DNA from: an uncultured archaeon
GTDB lineage: Archaea; Asgardarchaeota; Lokiarchaeia; Sigyniarchaeales; SOKP01
Assembly (NCBI GenBank): GCA_964493715.1
Contig: CAZBPC010000041.1
Coordinates: forward strand, 1-27,208
DNA: 27,208 nt
Direction: 5' to 3'
Shown here: positions 18,325 through 26,937 of the stretch, one piece after another
Layout of the letters: every line of letters begins with the position of its first letter
Position numbering within the stretch: position 1 is the first letter of the stretch
The notes under the pieces: generated by a model
The model's database searches: none
The model's input: the letters and a program-made list of their open reading frames with translations, nothing else
Told to the model about the DNA's origin: nothing
Program-made: the position numbers and the translations under genes

Positions 18325-18378
18325 TCACTTTGGGTATTTTTTTTTTGGTTTTGTGGGAAATAGTTCACACTTTACCAT
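18325..18378 (-). CDS. Putative 17-aa leader uORF MVKCELFPTKPKKKYPK
   Basis: ATG 24 nt downstream of a TATA box (leaderless geometry); TGA stop ends just before the first Cys-rich ORF. Confidence 0.35.
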   Translation of the reverse strand: MVKCELFPTKPKKKYPK

Positions 18379-18401
18379 TATGATCAATTAGCTTAATCTA
18401 G

Positions 18402-18422
18402 TATATAAATATTTACCTTTTT
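18402..18422 (-). promoter_or_regulatory. Putative BRE-TATA promoter of the Cys-rich cluster
   Basis: Minus strand AAAAAGGTAAATA-TTTATATA. Confidence 0.55.
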
Positions 18423-18815
18423 CATCATTATCGCCGCAAAAATTATCATCTTCAAATGATATGTATGATAATGTCAAGCATATTGATCATATTTTAGATA
18501 TTCGCATATCGATCTACGATGAATGTTTGAAAATCTCAAACCATGCGAAAAATAATTATTGAAGAACGTAAAACCGACATTTATGAGAAAATTCGTCGAC
18601 AAATATGCATAATTCGTGAAAGTGGTGATCCATTTTTGGAGGAAAAAACGAAATGTGACAATTTAGTGACGTGAATGATCTAAAAATCCATCTACAATGT
18701 TGATAAAAAATCGCAGGATGGGATTTAGCGAATATATCTAATGTTAGCATAGAAAAAAAAGAATGAATGATGCGTAAGTTGATTAATAGCTATTTCTAAA
18801 TATTCTTGAAAAACA

Positions 18816-18983
18816 TTAGTAAATCCCATAATATTCGTCAAGTTCTCGAAGAAGTGCAATATCTTCAGGATCAGTAGTATCTATTCCCGCTTGGGATAAT
18901 GTTTCGCCAAGATATTCGGCATCAAACGTTGCAATTGTTTTGTGGTAAGTTTACCGAATAAAATCTTTTGTTTTTTCATCCAT
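18816..18983 (-). pseudogene. 55-codon acidic ORF interrupted by in-frame TAA
   Basis: MDEKTKDFIR*TYHKTIATFDAEYLGETLSQAGIDTTDPEDIALLRELDEYYGIY; TAA at 18951-18953. Confidence 0.5.
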
Positions 18984-19068
18984 TTTTTTATACTCTGATA
19001 TATTTTAATCAAAGAATAGAAAGAAATCCTATTTATACAATATGTATAAAATTATTAAAAAAACTAGT

Positions 19069-20031
19069 CTATATTTTATCTATCAATTCAAACAAGACAG
19101 AGAGTACCTCTTCGGCATCGCCCGAAAATTTAAACACGCCTTCAACGAGTTCTCCCTCGACTCCTTCCGCAACCAGTTCATAGATGATATTTTCGGCAAA
19201 TTGCTCTGATTTATTTAATGCGAGCGCGAATTTGTTTATGGGGATGCCTTTCTGAAGTTTTATTAAACCCGTAATTCTCCTTTTAATCCTTTCTTTATCT
19301 ACCGAAGACTCTCCTGAAGATGCTTTAACTTTAACTTTGTTCCCGAGATCCGAAATCCCTGATTCTTCCACCGCTTTTTCAATGTTATCTCCCCATTTTT
19401 CCATTTTTTTCCCAAATTCTTCCAAAGTTCGAAGATCTCCGATGTTATTCTTAACAAATTTCATCGATTTACGTACCAATTCGGAAACAGAAGAACCTAA
19501 ATCATCCGACCATTCCCTCCATTCTTCACTCGTGTCAGGAGGAACCGAAATATTTATGCGAGTTACCTTATCTTTTGCTTTTCTTTCCTTATATTCTTGC
19601 CTTTTAGCCCTTGCACGAGCCTTTCTTTCTTTTTCCCTGAATTTTTCCGCTAATTCTGCCCGCCTTTCTCTCAGATCTTCCTTCCTTTCTCTCAAATCTT
19701 CCCGAGATTCTTCCCGTAACTCTCGAATTTCCTCCAAGAGATCCAGCCTTTCCTCTTTCTTTTCATCAACCATCTCTCTTAAATCTTCAGAAGGATCATC
19801 TTCTAGTTCTCTTAAGTCTTCTGCAATCTCACTTTCAAGTTCTTGTAATTCCTTTTCCTTTTCTCGTATCTTTTCCTCGAATCCAGTTGTCTTTTCTTGT
19901 ATAGATTTCTCCCTATCCTTAATTTCTCTAATGAAATTTTCTCTGAGTTGTTTAATTTCATCAAGCTCGTCAAAATCATCCTTTTTTAAAGTCTTATCTT
20001 TTTCCTGATCCTCTTTCTCTTCTTTTGACAT
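19069..20031 (-). CDS. Coiled-coil protein with central ribbon-helix-helix-like and C-terminal PCI/winged-helix-like domains
   Basis: E/K/R-rich N-terminal ~150 aa with EDLRE x4; TRINISVP...WREW...G.SVSELVRKSM (RHH pattern); IPINKFALALN.S...AENIIYELVAEG.VEG (WH pattern). Confidence 0.8.
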   Translation of the reverse strand: MSKEEKEDQEKDKTLKKDDFDELDEIKQLRENFIREIKDREKSIQEKTTGFEEKIREKEKELQELESEIAEDLRELEDDPSEDLREMVDEKKEERLDLLEEIRELREESREDLRERKEDLRERRAELAEKFREKERKARARAKRQEYKERKAKDKVTRINISVPPDTSEEWREWSDDLGSSVSELVRKSMKFVKNNIGDLRTLEEFGKKMEKWGDNIEKAVEESGISDLGNKVKVKASSGESSVDKERIKRRITGLIKLQKGIPINKFALALNKSEQFAENIIYELVAEGVEGELVEGVFKFSGDAEEVLSVLFELIDKI

Positions 20032-20140
20032 TTTTTTTCTCTCCTAATATATTTTTTATTCCTTTCTTTTATTGGTTTTTTATTCTTTTTTTCGTTGTTA
20101 GCTATTTTAATAAAAAAATACCTTAATTTACAATAGGTAT

Positions 20141-20157
20141 TATTATAAATGCTTTCG
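20141..20157 (-). promoter_or_regulatory. Putative BRE-TATA promoter for the RHH/coiled-coil gene
   Basis: Minus strand CGAAAGCA-TTTATAATA about 110 nt upstream of the ATG. Confidence 0.5.
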
Positions 20158-20340
20158 CATGAAGCCGGTTTTTTACATCCTCAATACTAACATCTTTTAT
20201 CAAGCTCATTTGACATCCCTCCATACTATTTTTATTTATCATTATTTTATTCATCAGGTTTTTTTAGATTTGAATTTTTAATTTTTTGGTTTTTTTAATT
20301 CCGTTTTATTTTCATTATCATGAGAAATTTTTTGGTGTGT

Positions 20341-20566
20341 TTTTTTTGTGTATTAAAAAATGGAAAAAAAATATTAATGATTAATGGTACTGTATGTTAA
20401 AATATTGCTATATGGCTTGTTCTTTATTTCATCTATATTCATCAAACCATTACTTTTTTTATATCTATTCATTTTTTTCTTCACTTCATTTTTTTTTGTG
20501 TATTCTATTTAATAATAAAAAAAGATAGTATTTAAATGTTTGTGTATCAAACAAAAAAAGTGTGTA
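20341..20566. repeat. Dispersed TGTGTA boxes (x4), two within an identical 14-mer TTTTTTTGTGTATT
   Basis: TGTGTA at 20347, 20497, 20541 and 20561. Confidence 0.5.
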
Positions 20567-20851
20567 GGCAATTCATATTTATAAGGTAGGAGTAGCGAAA
20601 GTACCATAGAATTAGTATGTATTATTTTTTATGTGTTATTCATATGAAGTAGAAGGTGAATTGAAACTCAATTTTTTTTAAAGATTTCTTTTTTAAGCAG
20701 AAGTTAAATCTCTTTTTAGTTTTTTGGTCATGTAAGGATGAATTATTGATCGAAAAATAACAAAAGGGAAAAAACTATTTATATAATCATTACATTATAA
20801 ATGCACAATTTTACTTTTTTATATAAAAAGGAACAAAAAATACCATATTTA

Positions 20852-21280
20852 ATGATAAAAATGGATGCAGTTGATCTCAAAATATTGGAAGAATTAAAAA
20901 ATGATAGTCGAATGTCATATAATGAGATTAGTGATCGTATTAACAAGACTGAAGCAACGGTACGAAGAAGGGTTCAGAAGTTAAAAGACGATGGAGTTAT
21001 AAAGCGTTTTACAATTGATTATGATGTTGACTCGAAACCAAAAGTGAGTGCTACTATTAAAATTGAACCAGATTTTAAGGATATCAAGCGTATCCTGTCT
21101 GAATTAAGGAATATTGAAGAGATTAATGTAATCTGGCGCTTATCTGGAGATTGTGGATTATTAATGAAGGTCGATATTCCTTCAATTGAACAATTTAATC
21201 CTTTAATAGAAGAGAAAATCTCTCATATTCAAGGAATAAAAATAGTGGAAACATGTTTCATTACTGATATTATCAAGTAA
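20852..21280 (+). CDS. Lrp/AsnC-family transcriptional regulator
   Basis: MDAVDLKILEELKNDSRMSYNEIS...TEATVRRRVQKLKDDGVIKRFTI HTH plus RAM domain (LSGDCGLLMKV). TATA TTTATATA at 20818-20825 favours a start at 20852 or 20861 over 20801. Confidence 0.93.
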   Translation: MIKMDAVDLKILEELKNDSRMSYNEISDRINKTEATVRRRVQKLKDDGVIKRFTIDYDVDSKPKVSATIKIEPDFKDIKRILSELRNIEEINVIWRLSGDCGLLMKVDIPSIEQFNPLIEEKISHIQGIKIVETCFITDIIK

Positions 21281-21320
21281 GTTTTTTATATTTTCTCCTT
21301 TTTTATTGATTTCAATGCTA

Positions 21321-21998
21321 TTACGGTGCAATTAAAGGTGAAAGGTCTAAGATTTTTTGAACAATAATACGATAAATTTCTTCCACGTTTTCACCCGTCA
21401 GTGCAGAACATTCAATGTATCCACTAACATCCATTGATTTTGCCATACTTATTGCTTGTGTAGATTGAACTTGTCTATTTTCCTTCAAGTCTAACTTGTT
21501 TCCAATCAAAAATATCGGAAAAATCTCTGGATCGTCGACTTCATTCCATATTAATGAGACCCATGCTTCATAATTTGCCAATGAATATAAGTTAGAAATA
21601 TCAAAAAAAAGCAATCCTGCATGAGCACCCTTTGTATATGTAGAGTAAAATAAGTGAATTCTATCAATATCATTAAAACTCCAAATTTGCAGTTGGTATC
21701 TGTTTTGACCTAAAATGACAGATTTAGTATAAAATTCAATGCCAATTTTTTTATCTGCTTTACTTCGAGAAATTATCTTTTTTGTGCTATTTCTCAGGAA
21801 AGTTGCCTTTCCAGCTCCAGAATTTCCAAACACGATTAATTTAAACGTATCATCGTATCCTGTTTTAACGACATTTTTTTTTATAGGATCAACAACCTTT
21901 TTCTCTGCAATAAAAGTTGCTGTGAAGGTATTGATATCAATATCCTCTGGTATCGTTCTTAAATGCCTTTTTTTCTTCCATTTTTTATAAGGTTCCAT
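21321..21998 (-). CDS. Rab/Ras-like small GTPase with degenerate G1-G3 motifs
   Basis: FKLIVFGNSGAGKAT, IGIEF, LQIWS, YTKGAHAGLLFFDI, LIGNKLDL...RQV, YIECSALTGENVEE. Confidence 0.88.
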   Translation of the reverse strand: MEPYKKWKKKRHLRTIPEDIDINTFTATFIAEKKVVDPIKKNVVKTGYDDTFKLIVFGNSGAGKATFLRNSTKKIISRSKADKKIGIEFYTKSVILGQNRYQLQIWSFNDIDRIHLFYSTYTKGAHAGLLFFDISNLYSLANYEAWVSLIWNEVDDPEIFPIFLIGNKLDLKENRQVQSTQAISMAKSMDVSGYIECSALTGENVEEIYRIIVQKILDLSPLIAP

Positions 21999-22453
21999 CG
22001 GGGGTCATAAAATTTCAATTTTTTCTAAATAGCTTTGATCTAATTTGATTTTTTTATTGAAAAGTTAGTAATTAGAATTTCGCTTAATTGGTTATATTAA
22101 ATCAAAGAAATTGTCTTGTATTTAAATCTTTTCTTCATATTATATGAAATCATATAAAATCCATTCGCAATAAAGTTAATATTCGCAGAATATGAGACAT
22201 ATTATGAATTATTTACACCACATTTCACTAGGATAAATTTCTAAATCAAAAATAATCTTGGAAAAAATCTTACTTATAAATCTTTAATATTTCCAAGCGA
22301 TTTTTTTGTTCAAAAATTCACAAAGATGGCTAAAAAATTATTAAATTATCATGGTCACTTCCATTAAAATTTCTAATCTAAATTAATACTAATATAACGA
22401 ACAAATGAAATAAGCGTTTGAATTTAATACACATAAAAAATTGATTTTAAATA

Positions 22454-22627
22454 ATGACCGTTGATTCAAATTTCAATCTCGAGGATCATTTATTGGATTG
22501 TCCTTTTTGCCATTTTTGTACTTTACCTCAGAATCCAAATTTATGCAATTTTCCAGATTATAAAATTTGTCCTGAATATTCACAAAAATTACTAAAATTA
22601 AAAAACTCGACTAAAATTCTACACTGA
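22454..22627 (+). CDS. Unannotated 57-aa Cys-rich microprotein
   Basis: Own translation: MTVDSNFNLEDHLLDCPFCHFCTLPQNPNLCNFPDYKICPEYSQKLLKLKNSTKILH; below the ORF-track cutoff. Confidence 0.7.
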   Translation: MTVDSNFNLEDHLLDCPFCHFCTLPQNPNLCNFPDYKICPEYSQKLLKLKNSTKILH

Positions 22628-22748
22628 ACTTAACCTACTTAATATTACTTGTAATATTAAATTCTAATTCATTTAATAACAAAGAATATAGAATAAAGCG
22701 TATTAAAATACTATTCTAAATAGAAAATACCAAAAAGAGAAAATATTT

Positions 22749-23033
22749 TTATTGAAGATCTTCTTCCAATTTTTCAACTAAATATTCATCCAGGGATATG
22801 TCAATTTCCATTTCAGAGTTTTGAATTTTCTTTGCAACTTTTCGTAACCCAGAGTCATTCATCATTAACTCAAGAATATTCTGGTATAAACCTTCAATGT
22901 TTTCTTTCCCAGCGTTAAAATATAAATCTTCAGAAACTCCTAAATTAAGGACATCATATAATCCCTTAATAGATTCCTTGATGTTTTTAAAATTTTCTAA
23001 TGCTTTTTCCTCTGCTTTTTCTGAATAATTCAT
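22749..23033 (-). CDS. Hypothetical acidic helical protein (94 aa)
   Basis: Clean ORF, GAGG SD-like element, upstream TATA-like TTAAATA; no recognisable motif. Confidence 0.75.
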   Translation of the reverse strand: MNYSEKAEEKALENFKNIKESIKGLYDVLNLGVSEDLYFNAGKENIEGLYQNILELMMNDSGLRKVAKKIQNSEMEIDISLDEYLVEKLEEDLQ

Positions 23034-23496
23034 TTTTTTTTAACCTCTAAGTTATTATAATAAGATAAAGTATTTAAGCATTAATGTTTTTCGACATTTA
23101 TGTTATATGATCCCGTAAAATTAAGCGACGTTTTTTCTTTATTTATCGTCTAAAAACATTATTTTGAAGACGAATTCCTAATACTTTTTTATGATGGAGG
23201 TCATTATTTTTTCATTATTTCACAAAAATGCAACTGAAAACGTTAATTTTAAGATTTTTCGTAAAAAGATGATCAGAAATTGCTAGAAAGTTCAATTTTC
23301 AAAATAAAATAAGTAAGAAATTATTAATGTCTAAAAACTGAAAAAGGACATTTGAAGTGGGTATTTGGGAGGTTTTTAATCTTCTTAATCTCCATAGGAT
23401 TTGATCAAATTACTGAAATTTTTTTGAACTCTTTTTGCTCCAAATCGAGAATTTTCAATGTTGCTGTTCAGAAAAGATTATTACGCTATCAACAAA

Positions 23497-24069
23497 TTAC
23501 TGTTTTCTTAATATATAAGCGTCGTAAAAAGGAAGTTTTATCAATTCGGATAAGAAACGTTGATTTCCCAAATAAGTTCTTGGATCGACCGCATCTGGAT
23601 GTGTTGGAAATTTTTTCTCACGTATGATCTTTATTCCATTCCTATTTGGTTCAAAAACGCAAACAATCCCATTTAACCTTAATATGCGGAAGCATTCTTT
23701 GAAAGTTGCTTCTTTATCATTGATATGATGTAAAGCTCCTAAAATGAAGATCGCGTCAAAAGAAGCATCTTCAAAGGGCATGTCCTCAGCATTGAATGGA
23801 ATGTATGTAATCATGTGATCAACCTTTACATTTTTGGCAGAATCTAACCAATCTTGTTTAGCATACTCTGATTCGTCGTTTTCGGGTTCTCCAGAGACTA
23901 CTTTGTAGTTGTTCAATGCAAGGGTTATAGCCATTCTGCCCGATCCTGTACCTATATCTAAGATTTTTGCCGATTTCTCTAATTTTAAATCGGAAATAAC
24001 GGGGTTAATATCATTGAAAATATGGACAAATTCGTTTCCTAAGATCTTTTTTAATTCTTTAACATCCAC
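23497..24069 (-). CDS. Class I SAM-dependent methyltransferase
   Basis: KILDIGTGSG motif I, AEDMPFEDASFDAI motif II, LHHI, RILRLNG; GTG start. Confidence 0.92.
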   Translation of the reverse strand: MDVKELKKILGNEFVHIFNDINPVISDLKLEKSAKILDIGTGSGRMAITLALNNYKVVSGEPENDESEYAKQDWLDSAKNVKVDHMITYIPFNAEDMPFEDASFDAIFILGALHHINDKEATFKECFRILRLNGIVCVFEPNRNGIKIIREKKFPTHPDAVDPRTYLGNQRFLSELIKLPFYDAYILRKQ

Positions 24070-24255
24070 CTACTTTTCCTTCCTTTTTCTCGAAATCTTT
24101 CCAGTATATGAATTCTGACGACTTTTTCTTTTTTAACTTTATATTTTATAATTTATCCGGAAAAAAATCAAAAAAAAGTAAAATTGAGGAACCAAAACGA
24201 GAATTAAACATATTCTAAGAAATAAAAGAATTAAAAAAACAGAGGAATTGAAACC

Positions 24256-24723
24256 TCATTTGATGGAAGCCCCAACAATAGCAAAAATACCAGCAATAAA
24301 GGATCCAATAAACGCGAAGTGAAGGCTATAAAACTCCCAGAACAAATCAGTTAACCATGAGGGTAAATTTGATGTAAGACCGAAGTAAAAAACAATTGGG
24401 GCTGCGATAAATAAGATCCCACACAGAAACCAAAGAGTTCGATATTTTTGAGTTCTTTTACTCGCCCTTCGTGCAGTTGAGATGATTGAGATGGTAGCAA
24501 TTAAGATTAATAAAGTAGTTATTAAACCCCAGGTCAAGAAATCTGTATCCTCGCTAAAATAAAACGTTGTATCACCAAGAAGCACTTTCCACGTGTATAA
24601 GCCCCACATCCAAATATAGGATTCTGCTAAAGAACTATTATGATATGCTATTGGAGTGATAAGAACCAAAATTCCAAAAAATCCTGCGATATATGCTGCA
24701 ATGTAACCTTTGCTTTTCGCCAT
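24256..24723 (-). CDS. Four-TM membrane protein of unknown function
   Basis: Four hydrophobic segments; first loop has WMWGLY; basic loop RRASKRTQKYR between TM2 and TM3. Confidence 0.8.
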   Translation of the reverse strand: MAKSKGYIAAYIAGFFGILVLITPIAYHNSSLAESYIWMWGLYTWKVLLGDTTFYFSEDTDFLTWGLITTLLILIATISIISTARRASKRTQKYRTLWFLCGILFIAAPIVFYFGLTSNLPSWLTDLFWEFYSLHFAFIGSFIAGIFAIVGASIK

Positions 24724-24846
24724 GCTATTCTCAAATAAATTTCATTGAATTAATGTTGATAAATAACTTTCTTATAAAAATTTACGTAAAAAGGTCTTGG
24801 GTCAGATGTTTTTGATATAATTTTCAAAATTTTTTCTAAAATTTAC

Positions 24847-26043
24847 TTAAACATACTCTATGGTTCCAGGAGGTTTTGATGTAATATCGAAATAAATATT
24901 TTTAGTATCATGGATTTCGAGCAACTTGTACTTAATTTCTTCAATTAAACTAATTGGTAATTTGGTTACGCTGGCAGTTCGAGCGTCGATGCTATTGATT
25001 GATCTTATTAAGACATCGTATACTCCTTGGTGGCTCTCATGGAGTTCATATAAAGCTCTAGAATAACCCTTAATTTGAGAAGCGAAACGAGTTAACTTTT
25101 CAAAATCCCATTCACCTTTTATAGATAACGGGACCTCATAAGTTCTTTGACCATTTATAATTCCTGTCACTTTTCGTAATAATATATCAGTTGTAGTAGC
25201 CGCAAAAGCTTGGAAAGGTTCCTGTTCGCCCTTATCATTTATGATCATTGTTTTACCATGATTTTCCAGATAGTAATCTTCAATAGTTGACTCAACAATA
25301 TCATGTACTTTTTTTTCATAAGCAAGGTTCTCCATTGAGACAGGACCTATTATTCGTGCTGAGAGTGCAGGACCCGGAAATGCCTTCCTATAGACGTGTT
25401 CGGTTGGTAAGTTTAAATATTCTAAAATGCTTCGCACTTCTGGTTTAGTTAAGCTAGCTACTGGCTGTAATGTTGCTTCCACCTCATATTCAATGTCCAA
25501 ATTATGCTGGCTTTTTACAAACCCCTTCTTATTTTTTTCCATAAGGGTCCTTTCCTCTTCAAGACTCATCGATTCTTTTAAATCGGTAATTTTCACACCA
25601 AAACTCTCTTCAATATCAGGAAGAATGGTGCCATCCGCAAGTAAATCACATTTTTCTTCCTTAATTACCCTACTAATCGTATCTGAATATGCGTTTTTGA
25701 ATAATTTTCGCTTAATTTCAGCATCTTCTTCACCTATGATTTTGGGAAGGAACTGGTCCCTAATGTCTATGATTCTTATATCGGGGAATACTTTTTTAAT
25801 ATATTCTCTCTCTTCGACGCCACGAATAATTCGCATGAGACCATGGTCAATAAATACCGGAAGCATTTCAATACCTGCTTCCTTTAAAGTCATGTAGGTA
25901 GCTGAGCTATCCACCCCTCCTGAAAGAGCACAAAATACCTTTTTTCCTTTTGCGTGCTTCTGTAGGAATTCACTAGCCGCTTTTATAAATTCTTGGGGTT
26001 TTTTAGGGGGATCTATTAATCTATGATTTATCATGAACATCAT
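24847..26043 (-). CDS. guaAB: GMP synthase ATP-pyrophosphatase subunit (subunit B), elongated
   Basis: PP-loop LSGGVDS, FIDHGLMR, GTILPDIEES, KSQHN, LTKPEVR, FPGPALSARIIG, YFDITSKPPGTIEY; no glutaminase domain. Confidence 0.9.
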   Translation of the reverse strand: MMFMINHRLIDPPKKPQEFIKAASEFLQKHAKGKKVFCALSGGVDSSATYMTLKEAGIEMLPVFIDHGLMRIIRGVEEREYIKKVFPDIRIIDIRDQFLPKIIGEEDAEIKRKLFKNAYSDTISRVIKEEKCDLLADGTILPDIEESFGVKITDLKESMSLEEERTLMEKNKKGFVKSQHNLDIEYEVEATLQPVASLTKPEVRSILEYLNLPTEHVYRKAFPGPALSARIIGPVSMENLAYEKKVHDIVESTIEDYYLENHGKTMIINDKGEQEPFQAFAATTTDILLRKVTGIINGQRTYEVPLSIKGEWDFEKLTRFASQIKGYSRALYELHESHQGVYDVLIRSINSIDARTASVTKLPISLIEEIKYKLLEIHDTKNIYFDITSKPPGTIEYV

Positions 26044-26173
26044 TAGGATGGAAATGTAATTAAGTTCTATTATTAAGGTATTATGAATTTTAAATATTTT
26101 CCATATTTTTTGGAAAAACTTCTATTTATAAAGATGGAACCGATAGGTTGGGTAAAATCGTTAAGGTTTTTCT

Positions 26174-26446
26174 TTGGATGAACCATTAGCTCCCGAATTG
26201 AGAAAAAAAATAGATGCTGTAGTTGAAAAAGTCTTAGCATTATTCATGGATAAAGTTTCTAAGGAAGGCTCTTTGGAAGAATTATTAAAAACTTTAATTG
26301 TTGAGAAAGTATTCAGCAAGTTAGGACCTAGGATGAATAGATTTGCAGTAAGAAAAGTAGCCAAACTCGCTGTTAGAAAAGCAGTGGATAAAGTATGGGA
26401 ACGACATAGAGATAAATTAACAACTAAATTATGCAATCTGAAATAA
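26174..26446 (+). CDS. Hypothetical helical protein (90 aa)
   Basis: TTG-start ORF with amphipathic helical composition; TATA-like TTTATAAA at about 26126. Confidence 0.65.
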   Translation: MDEPLAPELRKKIDAVVEKVLALFMDKVSKEGSLEELLKTLIVEKVFSKLGPRMNRFAVRKVAKLAVRKAVDKVWERHRDKLTTKLCNLK

Positions 26447-26472
26447 AAACAGTAATTTTTTTAAAAAAAAAT

Positions 26473-26937
26473 CTAGTGGGATATCTTGTTTTTTTCATTA
26501 TATTTTTGGTGATATTCTTCAGCTCTCGTAAAGGTTGAAATAGGGACTATTTCAGTTACAATTGGGTTTTTATATTTGCCCGATTTATCCAGCTTCTCCT
26601 TTAGTGCTATAGCCGCTAATCTTTGTTCCTCATCATGATAAAATACAGCTGATCGATATTGAGTACCTACATCCCAACCTTGACGATTTAGCGTTGTAGG
26701 ATTATGCAAGTTCCAAAAAATTTCTAATAATTCTTCATATGATACAATCGAAGGATCGAAAGTAACCTGTACCACTTCTGCATGACCCGTTTTGTTAGTA
26801 CATACATCTTTATATGTTGGATTTTCAGTAGATCCTCCAGTATATCCAACTACAGTATTAATTACTCCTTTTACATTTCCAAATCGAGTCTCCACACCCC
26901 AAAAACATCCTGCACCAAATGTTGCAATTTCTGTCAT
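26473..26937 (-). CDS. msrA: Peptide methionine sulfoxide reductase A
   Basis: GAGCFWG, GYTGG..NPTY..VC...[31 protein letters not shown]. Start moved to ATG 26937. Confidence 0.96.
   Translation of the reverse strand: MTEIATFGAGCFWGVETRFGNVKGVINTVVGYTGGSTENPTYKDVCTNKTGHAEVVQVTFDPSIVSYEELLEIFWNLHNPTTLNRQGWDVGTQYRSAVFYHDEEQRLAAIALKEKLDKSGKYKNPIVTEIVPISTFTRAEEYHQKYNEKNKISH

Noticed and set aside
19337-20008. 223-aa plus-strand Ser/Phe/Leu-rich ORF
   Set aside because: Antisense shadow of the Glu/Lys/Arg-rich coiled-coil gene
198-26436. Other short ORF-track entries antisense to or overlapping real genes (e.g. 198-407, 2068-2265, 2317-2562, 4927-5178, 5441-5719, 5777-7897 set, 8605-8844, 9402-9605, 16150-16332, 18968-19183, 21739-21990, 23352-23627, 23909-24118, 25427-25897, 26161-26436)
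   Set aside because: They overlap better-supported genes and carry no motifs, so they are treated as shadow ORFs.
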